DNA from: a virus
Taxonomy: Duplodnaviria > Heunggongvirae > Uroviricota > Caudoviricetes
Virus record (IMG/VR): IMGVR_UViG_3300005289_000054
Direction: 5' to 3' (one strand)
Length of the DNA: 64,000 bases
Shown: positions 48,785 through 57,867 of the stretch, piece by piece
How the letters are laid out: each line of letters begins with the position of its first letter
Numbering within the stretch: position 1 is the first letter of the stretch
The notes under the pieces: model-generated
The model's database searches: none
The model's input: the letters and a program-made list of their open reading frames with translations, nothing else
What the model was told of the DNA's origin: nothing
Position numbers and translations under genes: made by a program

Positions 48785-48949
48785 TCAAATTAAATCATCA
48801 AAAACTAAATCAAAACACTCTTCAGGACTTAATTTACCTTTTGACCAATGTTTTTTAATTAGTTCTTTACGATTCTCAAAAACACTTCCTTCCAAATCAA
48901 AATTACTAAACAATTCTGAAACAACACTTAAATACTCAGACCAAGACAT
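48785..48949 (-). CDS. small hypothetical protein (54 aa)
   Basis: Manually translated ORF (MSWSEYLSVVSELF...) below the track cutoff. Confidence 0.35.
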   Translation of the reverse strand: MSWSEYLSVVSELFSNFDLEGSVFENRKELIKKHWSKGKLSPEECFDLVFDDLI

Positions 48950-48960
48950 AGATTACCTCA

Positions 48961-49311
48961 TTACTTATTAAAAATCCACAACTCTCCGATTTCTTCTCCA
49001 GCTAAAAGCTCAATCGGCGAAACATCTTCATTCTTCACAACTACCAAAGGAACACCTTTATAACCTGATGGAAATGGTGTATGAACCATTTGAATAACAC
49101 CTTTTTTTGCGATTGACTTACGCAAGTAGAATTTTCCGTAAGGCATTTTAACACCAGTTGCTTCTCCGTATGAGTCAAAAACTGGGCTTATACCATCAAC
49201 TTCTATTACTTCATTTACCTCAATCTCAACAACACTCCCAGATTCGATTGTTGATCTATTCTTTACAGTTAGTTTAATAATATTATACAATCTTAACCTC
49301 CTTACGACCAT
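48961..49311 (-). CDS. hypothetical protein
   Basis: 116 aa. Confidence 0.45.
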   Translation of the reverse strand: MVVRRLRLYNIIKLTVKNRSTIESGSVVEIEVNEVIEVDGISPVFDSYGEATGVKMPYGKFYLRKSIAKKGVIQMVHTPFPSGYKGVPLVVVKNEDVSPIELLAGEEIGELWIFNK

Positions 49312-49687
49312 GTGTTAGATAAGTTGTCTTCCCAGTCTTCTTATCATATTCAGTCCACATACTATCCCAACTTCCACGGATTGTCAAACACCAGCTATCT
49401 TTTACTGCAATTACACGGTGATTATTTGACCTTAAAGTAATCTTAGGGAAAATTGATCTTCTATATAAGTGTAAATCACCATTAACTTTCTCTTCAACAA
49501 GATTACCACTAATAAACCAAGTCAATGCATTAAATGCATGTGTATGGAATTGTTCGCGTGTTCCTTTATTAAACTTCAATAAAGCTACAGAGCAAAGACC
49601 CTTAATCTCAAATAAGAAATAACCATCAACAGGGGATTCTTTACCACCATCTTTTGCTTTACTAAAAAACTGTGTGACTAATTTCAT
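49283..49687 (-). CDS. hypothetical protein
   Basis: 134 aa. Confidence 0.45.
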   Translation of the reverse strand: MKLVTQFFSKAKDGGKESPVDGYFLFEIKGLCSVALLKFNKGTREQFHTHAFNALTWFISGNLVEEKVNGDLHLYRRSIFPKITLRSNNHRVIAVKDSWCLTIRGSWDSMWTEYDKKTGKTTYLTHGRKEVKIV

Positions 49688-49850
49688 TCTTCATAATCTT
49701 CAAATTCATACTCCCAACCGTTCTCATTATACACTTCATACTTAGCTATTTGATTAGTCAAAAAACAATATTCTCTAACAAGATGTATCTCATTATAATC
49801 AAAAATCATATCATGTAAATGGTCAATTCTATCTTCAACTTCTTCCAAGG

Positions 49851-50102
49851 TCATTTACACTCTCCAAAATAACACATCAACCAAGTTGATTCATCAATTA
49901 AAGAACGAAATGTCTTCTCAGTCCAAAGCTTAAGCTCTTGATAACTTTTATCTTTATGGTCATCAACAAACCTATACATTGAGTCAGCAGTGTACACACC
50001 ACCTTTATGCAATGTAAAACCATCTGTGTAATCGTCATTGTATATTACCAATTTTCTAACATCATAATAAAAATGCTCCATAACCCAATCTCGCTTAATC
50101 AT
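49851..50102 (-). CDS. hypothetical protein
   Basis: 83 aa. Confidence 0.4.
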   Translation of the reverse strand: MIKRDWVMEHFYYDVRKLVIYNDDYTDGFTLHKGGVYTADSMYRFVDDHKDKSYQELKLWTEKTFRSLIDESTWLMCYFGECK

Positions 50103-50278
50103 TTACTTCTCCCAACAGTCACTAATATCAATAAATTTTCGACCATCAATCTCACAAACACTGATTACATAACTTTCTTTTGGTAAACAACCATACTTTG
50201 TTTGTTCAAGAAGTTCTACATCTAAATCACCAACTTCTCTTTGAAACATATTTAATGCAGCAACCATTTCTGAAATCT

Positions 50279-50731
50279 TCATTTAACCACCATAAATTTA
50301 CGAACTTTATCAATAGCTAAAAGAACATACCTATTGGCTTCTTTCAAATCATCATTTAATATGTAATCAGAATAGTAATTTAAATCAAATTCAACATCAT
50401 ATAGAGAGTTAATACTTTCAATCATAACATCTTTAGTTCTTTGAATCCTCTTATCAAGCTGTTCACCATCTGTTTCTAAATCACCATTCAGTAATTTTAA
50501 ATCGAGTGCTTTAGTAAATTCTTCAGTTTCATAACAATCCCACGTATAATTTCTTTCTTCAAAATCATAAGAATGAATGTTAATATCATCAATAAATGAA
50601 GCATTAAAACCAAAATCACAAATAAAATCAAATTTACTATTTTTCCAAATTTCACCACTATCATCTGCTTTTTCTAAAGTATACCCTTGCTCTTTTAAAA
50701 AACCAATCACAGTTTCATATACATAACTCAT
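50279..50731 (-). CDS. hypothetical acidic protein
   Basis: 150 aa. Confidence 0.45.
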   Translation of the reverse strand: MSYVYETVIGFLKEQGYTLEKADDSGEIWKNSKFDFICDFGFNASFIDDINIHSYDFEERNYTWDCYETEEFTKALDLKLLNGDLETDGEQLDKRIQRTKDVMIESINSLYDVEFDLNYYSDYILNDDLKEANRYVLLAIDKVRKFMVVK

Positions 50732-50994
50732 TTACCAAAACTCCTAACTTTAATTCCAGCTAATGTGAATTCAGTCTTATTATCTGAATCATATTTAAAG
50801 AACTTATTAGCAGGAGAATTAGGATATTGTAATACACTAAACCACCAATTAAAGTCCTCTCTAGGAAGCATAATGACAAGTTCATCTTTACTACTACCAG
50901 ACTTCAACATAGCACCATTAATAGCCAATAAAGCTTCAGTAAACGATTTTACAGCTTGATTTTCTAAATCCTGCGTCATTGAAAATGCTCCCAT
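50728..50994 (-). CDS. hypothetical protein
   Basis: 88 aa. Confidence 0.4.
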   Translation of the reverse strand: MGAFSMTQDLENQAVKSFTEALLAINGAMLKSGSSKDELVIMLPREDFNWWFSVLQYPNSPANKFFKYDSDNKTEFTLAGIKVRSFGK

Positions 50995-51251
50995 GTCATG
51001 ATAATCTCCTTAGAACAAAAACCATTATCGTAAGTCACAACAGCATATCCAACAAAAGGACTATACTCATTTAAATCCAAAGATGATTGAGGTATATCAG
51101 TAAAATCAGATAAGAACTCAATAATAAGCCAACAATCGTTTAGTCTCTTTCCATCCTCACCATCTGTCTCACGTACAACTACATATTCAATAGCCTTACC
51201 ATCAAATACAGTTATTGCAAATTTTGTTGTCATTTTTACACCCTTTTCCAT
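50976..51251 (-). CDS. hypothetical protein
   Basis: 91 aa. Confidence 0.4.
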   Translation of the reverse strand: MEKGVKMTTKFAITVFDGKAIEYVVVRETDGEDGKRLNDCWLIIEFLSDFTDIPQSSLDLNEYSPFVGYAVVTYDNGFCSKEIIMTWEHFQ

Positions 51252-51541
51252 TCATAAGTTGCGACTGGAGTCTTCTCAACTTTATACAACTTATCAACAA
51301 CATCTTCAATATAAATATCATCACCTACATCGCCATCCCAATTCCAACTTTCAATTTCAGCAGCATAGTAGGTGAACTCTTCATCCCAAGTACCGAAGCA
51401 CTCTACCATATCAACACACTGAAAAACTACTAGGTTAATTGGAGCATGTCTTCCATGATCAAGTAATACAACATCATGCTCTTCACCATGAATTAGCATC
51501 GTCTCGATTTGGTCTAGATGTTCTTCTGGTATAAAATTCAA
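51236..51541 (-). CDS. hypothetical acidic protein
   Basis: 101 aa. Confidence 0.45.
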   Translation of the reverse strand: MNFIPEEHLDQIETMLIHGEEHDVVLLDHGRHAPINLVVFQCVDMVECFGTWDEEFTYYAAEIESWNWDGDVGDDIYIEDVVDKLYKVEKTPVATYEWKRV

Positions 51542-51666
51542 AATAATATCTCCTATAATTACTAATAAGAATGTAATCTATTATAAAATCATTGTCAACA
51601 GAAGATTACTATTGTTTACAAACTGATCTGTATTAACCATATTTGTAATATATTTGTAATTCCTGT

Positions 51667-51695
51667 TGACTTATCTCTTGACAAATGCTATATTT
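51667..51695 (+). promoter_or_regulatory. candidate sigma70-type promoter (TTGACT-17 bp-TATATT) with no annotated downstream CDS
   Basis: Hexamers read directly from the sequence. It lies in a 290-bp non-coding gap. Confidence 0.3.
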
Positions 51696-51828
51696 TACCT
51701 TTCTTTTCACTTTTTCTTTGGGTTGTATATAATGTGAGATTTATTGAACATTATTCCTTAATATCTAATCTTTAGATTAGTAACGAATAAACGATAGTTT
51801 ATTTGGGTAAGAGAGAGTGTTAGTAATC

Positions 51829-52038
51829 TTAACTATCTCTCTCTTTAGTTCTTAAGTACATATCATGTACATTCATTGCTTGATAAATACAATTGATATC
51901 AGTGTTAGCATGAATAGTATAACCCTTCTTAATCTCTCCATTCTCAACCGTATATTGACATAAAAAATACCAATCCTCTTCCCATATCTCCATTTTCTCT
52001 ATAATGTATAATTCATCTTGATAGTAGTATTCTTTCAT
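51829..52038 (-). CDS. hypothetical protein
   Basis: 69 aa. Confidence 0.4.
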   Translation of the reverse strand: MKEYYYQDELYIIEKMEIWEEDWYFLCQYTVENGEIKKGYTIHANTDINCIYQAMNVHDMYLRTKERDS

Positions 52039-52047
52039 AACACTCGC

Positions 52048-52227
52048 CTATTTAATATGAGGGCTAGATGGGCGCATCCAATGCGTCACTCCGCTATAAG
52101 AATCAACACCTTCTGTATCAAAGAACACTCCTTCCTTATACCAAGATTCAAACCATCTATGTGTATAAACTATTACACATTCGTTATCATCAGGCAATCT
52201 ATCATTCACATCAATCCAATCACTCAT
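52048..52227 (-). CDS. small hypothetical protein (59 aa)
   Basis: Manually translated ORF (MSDWIDVNDRLPDD...) with a strong GGAGAT RBS. It overlaps the upstream gene by 8 nt and falls below the track cutoff. Confidence 0.4.
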   Translation of the reverse strand: MSDWIDVNDRLPDDNECVIVYTHRWFESWYKEGVFFDTEGVDSYSGVTHWMRPSSPHIK

Positions 52228-52468
52228 TAATATCTCCTAAAGCTAATTCTAGCTGTTCAATAATATATTTCACATTTTGCATGTAATTACATTCTGGTGG
52301 AAATTCCTCTTCAAATGCATTAAATTCCATAAACTTATCGTGTAGTTCATCATACATTTCTTGTGCTGTATCTAATGCAAATGAAATCCTCGCCTTCAAT
52401 ATACCTTTATTCATATTAGTTGTCAAACCTCGTATACTTTTCCATAAGCTCAAGTAACTCTTGTTCAA
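52220..52468 (-). CDS. hypothetical protein
   Basis: 82 aa. Confidence 0.4.
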   Translation of the reverse strand: MNKSYLSLWKSIRGLTTNMNKGILKARISFALDTAQEMYDELHDKFMEFNAFEEEFPPECNYMQNVKYIIEQLELALGDINE

Positions 52469-52760
52469 AACAAAAGTGATCGTGCAGTATTTCTGGTTTA
52501 TCGCTTAATACTTTTATAGTATCTCTGTACCCATCTACTGTGTCAACAATAATATTTGTAGAGATATCATGATTAAAATATTTCTTAACAATGAATTCAA
52601 TCTCACGAACACTCTGATTTGTTTTAGCAACAATAACTACTGTTCTTCCTTCCAAAAATACTAGACGAGCTGCTTCAAACACCATACGTCTAGTTCTTCC
52701 TGTGCTTCTCTTGCTTTGCATCATTTCTTTCAATGATAATACATCAATGTTGTTTTTCAT
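52416..52760 (-). CDS. hypothetical protein
   Basis: 114 aa. Confidence 0.45.
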   Translation of the reverse strand: MKNNIDVLSLKEMMQSKRSTGRTRRMVFEAARLVFLEGRTVVIVAKTNQSVREIEFIVKKYFNHDISTNIIVDTVDGYRDTIKVLSDKPEILHDHFCFEQELLELMEKYTRFDN

Positions 52761-53071
52761 AATTCACCTTTTACGACTTTTAAGATTTTAAACTTTTGCT
52801 CTCTTGTTAATTTATAAGACATATTAATTTCAAAATCTTTCCACTCTAAAAATTCCAAATAGTCCTGTTCTGTTTTGTAAATTGTACCATAAGGCCATTC
52901 ATCCACACTACCCAAACAATAACCGTTATGACTATTTTCAATACACTTTAGTTCATTAAAAGAAACACTAATATAGAAGTATTTTCTTCCAACTTTTACA
53001 ACATCAACTAACTTTCCAGAACCATGTCTAGAATCGGAAGGAACATAATAAACAATATCATTAACTTTCAT
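52757..53071 (-). CDS. hypothetical protein
   Basis: 104 aa. Confidence 0.45.
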   Translation of the reverse strand: MKVNDIVYYVPSDSRHGSGKLVDVVKVGRKYFYISVSFNELKCIENSHNGYCLGSVDEWPYGTIYKTEQDYLEFLEWKDFEINMSYKLTREQKFKILKVVKGEL

Positions 53072-53074
53072 AAC

Positions 53075-53272
53075 TTACTCCAAAATCAATTCACCATCAT
53101 TAATTATAATATAACAATGTTGCTCAATATCAAAAGCAAAACAACTTAAACAATATCTATATTGATTAGTGTGAGAACCAATAATAGCTGTCTTTGTTCC
53201 AACAGGAAGTTCTGATTGGCATTCCCTACATTTAGCTTTACGTGAAACTACAACGAACTTTAAACCTTGCAT
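53075..53272 (-). CDS. small zinc-ribbon protein
   Basis: 65 aa with CRECQ...CLSCF. Confidence 0.4.
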   Translation of the reverse strand: MQGLKFVVVSRKAKCRECQSELPVGTKTAIIGSHTNQYRYCLSCFAFDIEQHCYIIINDGELILE

Positions 53273-53418
53273 TATTAATCCTCAATCAAAATAAAATTTA
53301 ACTTCCCAATCACCATAATCATTTTGATAAATAAAGTATTCACACATTCCTGCAATAATACTGTTATTAATTGCAAATTCTTTTGCTTCTTCAAAAGAAG
53401 AAAATGATCTATTTCTCA

Positions 53419-54180
53419 TTAATAATCCTCCAAATAACCATTTTGTAATTGTGACATCTGATAGATTCTCTCTCTAGCTTCTGACACACCTGATTTATAT
53501 ACAGAACTAAGACTACCTAATAATTGACCACTTGTCAACTTGTTTTCTGTCAAATCATCTTGATGATACTCTACAGGGATATTCAAACTATTTGAATTAT
53601 TCAATGAATTTAACATAGCAATATCACATTCATCATAATCTTGTTGTGTTACTTCATCTTCCTCTTCATGAATATCTTCTTCTTTGTTCTTCAATAAGTG
53701 TTTAAGTGCATCAGGAACACCCTTCACAACATTTGAACGTTCCTTACCTTGTTTATCAAAACTTTCTTTCATGGCTTGTGAAACATTCGATTTAGGCATC
53801 TTTTTACCATGCTGTTCCTTACTTTTAGGTTTACTTGGTACGGTAGTGCCTGTATTTACTTTCGTGTCACCAGAAGCTTCTGAAGAGCTTTTAGAGCTAT
53901 CTAATAAATCAATTGCTTTCTTAGTTAAAGAATAATGTGTTGTTCTGTCGTATCCTTTCCCATAAGTGATTTCAATTAATCCATTTTCAATAAGTTTCTT
54001 TTTAGCACGTTGAATCTGAGATGCTGAAAACATCCCTTCTAAATCTTCTACAAGTTGTGTGTTTGTACGATATACAACTTCTCTTCCTGATGAATCTTTC
54101 CAATACTTTAAGTGACGTAATAGAACACTCGCAATGCTACCAACAATCTTAACTACTGATGGATTTAAAATTTTAATCAT
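53419..54180 (-). CDS. putative DNA-binding protein (winged-helix-like N-terminus, low-complexity basic linker)
   Basis: 253 aa. The N-terminal 90 aa look like a wHTH, but function is unknown. It lies immediately upstream of the tail fibre operon on the other side of a terminator. Confidence 0.4.
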   Translation of the reverse strand: MIKILNPSVVKIVGSIASVLLRHLKYWKDSSGREVVYRTNTQLVEDLEGMFSASQIQRAKKKLIENGLIEITYGKGYDRTTHYSLTKKAIDLLDSSKSSSEASGDTKVNTGTTVPSKPKSKEQHGKKMPKSNVSQAMKESFDKQGKERSNVVKGVPDALKHLLKNKEEDIHEEEDEVTQQDYDECDIAMLNSLNNSNSLNIPVEYHQDDLTENKLTSGQLLGSLSSVYKSGVSEARERIYQMSQLQNGYLEDY

Positions 54181-54212
54181 TATGTTTTCCCTACAACCAA
54201 CAACAGGTGTGA

Positions 54213-54242
54213 AGTTTAGTCTTGTGTTTTTTGTTTGTCAAT
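54213..54242 (-). promoter_or_regulatory. candidate sigma70 promoter for the wHTH gene (TTGACA-18 bp-TAAACT on the minus strand)
   Basis: Hexamers read from the reverse complement. A nearby inverted repeat, TATTTCGAT/ATCGAAATA, sits at about 54333 and 54366. Confidence 0.3.
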
Positions 54243-54392
54243 TCCCCTATAAAAGAAATATTTAAAAACTATTCTATTCCTATTAGACATTTTTCAATTG
54301 TGAAATATTGAATTTTCATAAACGTAAAATTGTTATTTCGATATTGAATTATGCTTATTGTGAAATCGAAATATGAATAAAAACAATAGACG

Positions 54393-54425
54393 TAAAAAAT
54401 CCCCACCCGAAGGCAGGGATTAGAA
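54393..54425 (-). terminator. rho-independent terminator ending the tail fibre operon
   Basis: On the minus strand, AATCCCTGCC-ttcg-GGTGGGGATT is followed by TTTTTT. Confidence 0.6.
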
Positions 54426-54441
54426 TAGAAAATATTAATTT

Positions 54442-57400
54442 TTAATTAACATCTTTTAATATCTTCGATGCAGCCTGACCAAACACCAATAATCCATTTG
54501 GATTGTTGGGATGACAGTAGTCTGCTGACCAAAGCTTAGAAGACTTTTTAATTACAATGGATGCGCCATTTGCTGGAACATTGGCATCAAAAACCAACTG
54601 ATAAGGCTTAAATAAGGTTGAATCATTACTTAATGTTGGGTCGGTAATCCCACTTGCCCAGTGCATTGATAAACCGCCAGTAATACGGCATTTCTTGTGT
54701 TCAACACCATCGACTGTAACAATCCAGTCTCCCAATACATATGCCGTGCCACTGACAGCATAAGAACTTGCCCCAGTGCTCGTTATTGTTTGATGAGTTG
54801 TCATGGTTTGTGTGTGTTGATACAAGCGAGTCGCATTATAGAAATCAACAAAAGTGATGTTGTAATCTTTTGCGATCTTTTGACCGAGCTCACGGTAGCC
54901 AAATAAACGACGATGATAGTAATTTGGGATACCACTTGTGCCGATTGCAAATTTACAATCAGGTAAAGCAGACCAAACAGTGTCACACAATGTTTTGACT
55001 TGAGATGCCCATGTCGGTGCATTTGTAATAATTACATGTTCACCAACAAGATCTGACAACGTATTGCACTGATAGAAATCAGATGCAGAGATTGTTCGAT
55101 TTAGGGTGATTGTATTAGTAGCACTGTTGTACGATTTAATCATGCGAACAGCAACACGACTTACTTTGCCACCATAATTACCGATAGTTACAACATCACC
55201 TACTGCAATACCTGTATCTGTGATGCTTGATGCAAGCTGAATAGTGCTTTCAGTTATTGCAATGATTGGAAGCCTTGTATCTGTAACCGTCTTATTGTCA
55301 GAAGTGCCTGTAATCGTTGTGAAGTAATTACTTGAGCTATCTGCAAGGATTTGAGCATTCGTCAAACCCGATCGTGTCATAGTCGCTTTTGCTACAAATG
55401 TTTGCCAGTCATCATTCGTGCATGACTCCAACAAAACAATGTCAGGATTAAAGTTAATGACTTCACTAATCGTATTTAACTTAATAGCATGATCAATAAA
55501 GTAATCAGCCATCCAACCGCCAATACCAGCATTCATAATATGATGCATACGGTTAGTGACAAAATTCAAATCAAGATATGGAGTTGATCCAGTTGCACCA
55601 GTAGCTAAACTTTTAACAAGCAACTTAAATTTGCGAGATTTAATATCGTCAAACTTGTATGTCACTACAGCACGACTATCTGATTGTCTAAATCCAATGC
55701 CACTTGATACAGAAGCAGGCAATGTCGTATCAAATGATACTGATCCATCCCCATATGCACTTTCTAAATTTGAAGTGAATCCAACTGCAACATTCCCAAG
55801 CGTTCCACGCATATGCGAAATGCTTTCACCGTAGTTGTAATTAATGTTAATATTTCCAGTTGGTGCGACTTTAAACCAGATTTGATGAGTCACTTTGTTT
55901 AAAGTGCTGTTGTACTTTCTAGTAACCATGTAATCATCTGATGCGGGAATAGTTCCACCCGCACCTTGCACATTCAAACTACCCGTCTTAGCGACACCAT
56001 CTACTGTTACAGCGTGACCATATGTAAAGCATTCTTCTAGATCAAATTTGAGATCAGCACCATTACCTGTGAATGATTTTGAACGAGTACCAAAGGGTAA
56101 TGTATTTAATGTGCTGAAAGTGTCATAGAGAACATCATCTACATACACTTCAATATTTGCTGCGCCTGCATTACCACGCTCACGACCGATTGAGATTGAT
56201 AGCTCATCACCACTTAGTGTGAATTCAGTAAAACTATTAACACCTGAAATACGCTTAGCTTGACCTAAATACCAATTTTCACCTGTCAGGGTAGTTGCTG
56301 TTTGAGCAACATCTTTAGCATGTAATGTACTTGCATATTTAGTTCGAAAATTTTGTTCAATGATACCAACAAAACTTTGCTGACCCAAATAACCCTGACC
56401 CCAAGTGATTGATGAGCCTGCAACTGCAATTCTATACGGTTTTGTAGCTAAGAAAGTTGAACTTGACTGCGTAGAGATCTGAGCAATAGCAGATGTATTT
56501 GCATCTGCAATTTCACGAGCTAATGCTAAGTTCTTAGCTGTTGGGTTGATCTTTAATGCACTATTTGCATTGTTAAGTAGCAAGCCATCGCTTAATGAAT
56601 CCCAATCAATTGTCATTTTTGCAGTAAGTGCACTTGCACCAACTGGTATTAAGTCAACTGTTTGAATCCCTTTTCTCTGAACACCAAGCTCATTAAACTG
56701 CATTACAGACAGACCAGCATTATTAGCAACAAAGATGCGGTTGCCATAGCTCACATGGTTTTTTGCAAAAACAGATATTACAAAATATGGGTAAGCATGG
56801 GTGCCTGTTACTTCAATCCCTTTAATTGCGTACGCAAGCTTTTTGTCAGCTTCACTTGCAATAGAGAAAGCTGTCTCATAAGTTGGAGCTAACCAAATCG
56901 GCTTATTTGTCTTAAATGGCTCAGCAACTTTTGCAGTATTTTGAGATACTTCGTTATATAAATTGCGTGCTGACTTATCGATATAAAGCCGAGATGATGA
57001 GCTAAGCGAAGCGGAAAAACCATCTGGCAATGCATCCCAATTTATCGTAGCAAATCCTGACACTGTAGCTCCAGTTAAGGCTACGGTCTCTTGCCCTTTC
57101 TTGATAACTGTTGAGTCGGCAATATAGCTACTAACAACTGCACTGTCATCTAGAACAAGAACACGTGAACCTAATGTACTATGGTTTTTAGTTACTGTCG
57201 CAACACGATAGTTTGTGCTCGAATTAGTGCCTGTTAAAGACAGTGCTGATATTGATAAGGCTGCTGTTTTAAAGTCTGCCGAACTTAACAGAATGTCAGC
57301 TTTTTTGGAAAGATCTAACCAAGGTTGCTTTAACAGTATGTCTTGATTGATCATGGTTACTTTTGAGTCTGTATATGCCTTTGAATCTGTCAAAGAGTCA

Positions 57401-57855
57401 TAACCTTTTACCCAAGCCGTTCCATTATAGTAATAATCACCATTATTAGTTGCTGTTGGGTCGTTCATTACTTTAGCAACTTGACCTGTAGTCATACCTG
57501 TTGCTGCTTGTAGGTTAGCTAACGTATCAAAGGCTTTGAAGTAACCACCAGAAACCGTACCAACTTTTGTATCTATCTCTGATTTAGTATATGTTTCCGT
57601 TTTTTTATAAACATCTGAAATATTTGCTTTAGGTGAAACAAGACTGTCTGTTTCAATTTTAGTATATGTGGTAGCTTGATCAGCTTTTAAAGAAACATCT
57701 TGTTTTGTTGCGACATCTTTAAAGTTTACCAACCAATCACGAATTGTTAAGAAAGTTACAGCATAATTGCCGTAACCTCCAGTTGGTACTTTTAAAGCAT
57801 CTTGTATCTGAGATGAACTTAATTCTGGTGCATCTACAATTCTTAAATCTGCCAT
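54442..57855 (-). CDS. large tail fibre protein with C-terminal SGNH/GDSL hydrolase-like domain
   Basis: 1137 aa. Its N-terminal anchor region is paralogous to the next fibre (KVPTGGYGNYAVT ... LKADQATTYTK). There are internal repeats (TINWDALPDG and TIDWDSLSDG). The C-terminal motifs AGSSITWG, ESCTNDD and DYCHPN fit SGNH blocks I, III and V. Confidence 0.6.
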   Translation of the reverse strand: MADLRIVDAPELSSSQIQDALKVPTGGYGNYAVTFLTIRDWLVNFKDVATKQDVSLKADQATTYTKIETDSLVSPKANISDVYKKTETYTKSEIDTKVGTVSGGYFKAFDTLANLQAATGMTTGQVAKVMNDPTATNNGDYYYNGTAWVKGYDSLTDSKAYTDSKVTMINQDILLKQPWLDLSKKADILLSSADFKTAALSISALSLTGTNSSTNYRVATVTKNHSTLGSRVLVLDDSAVVSSYIADSTVIKKGQETVALTGATVSGFATINWDALPDGFSASLSSSSRLYIDKSARNLYNEVSQNTAKVAEPFKTNKPIWLAPTYETAFSIASEADKKLAYAIKGIEVTGTHAYPYFVISVFAKNHVSYGNRIFVANNAGLSVMQFNELGVQRKGIQTVDLIPVGASALTAKMTIDWDSLSDGLLLNNANSALKINPTAKNLALAREIADANTSAIAQISTQSSSTFLATKPYRIAVAGSSITWGQGYLGQQSFVGIIEQNFRTKYASTLHAKDVAQTATTLTGENWYLGQAKRISGVNSFTEFTLSGDELSISIGRERGNAGAANIEVYVDDVLYDTFSTLNTLPFGTRSKSFTGNGADLKFDLEECFTYGHAVTVDGVAKTGSLNVQGAGGTIPASDDYMVTRKYNSTLNKVTHQIWFKVAPTGNININYNYGESISHMRGTLGNVAVGFTSNLESAYGDGSVSFDTTLPASVSSGIGFRQSDSRAVVTYKFDDIKSRKFKLLVKSLATGATGSTPYLDLNFVTNRMHHIMNAGIGGWMADYFIDHAIKLNTISEVINFNPDIVLLESCTNDDWQTFVAKATMTRSGLTNAQILADSSSNYFTTITGTSDNKTVTDTRLPIIAITESTIQLASSITDTGIAVGDVVTIGNYGGKVSRVAVRMIKSYNSATNTITLNRTISASDFYQCNTLSDLVGEHVIITNAPTWASQVKTLCDTVWSALPDCKFAIGTSGIPNYYHRRLFGYRELGQKIAKDYNITFVDFYNATRLYQHTQTMTTHQTITSTGASSYAVSGTAYVLGDWIVTVDGVEHKKCRITGGLSMHWASGITDPTLSNDSTLFKPYQLVFDANVPANGASIVIKKSSKLWSADYCHPNNPNGLLVFGQAASKILKDVN

Positions 57856-57867
57856 TTATTTTCCTTA

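Noticed and set aside
54697-56892. Short ORFs on both strands inside the 1137-aa fibre gene
   Set aside because: They are embedded in a long uninterrupted ORF with conserved domains. They are most likely frame shadows.
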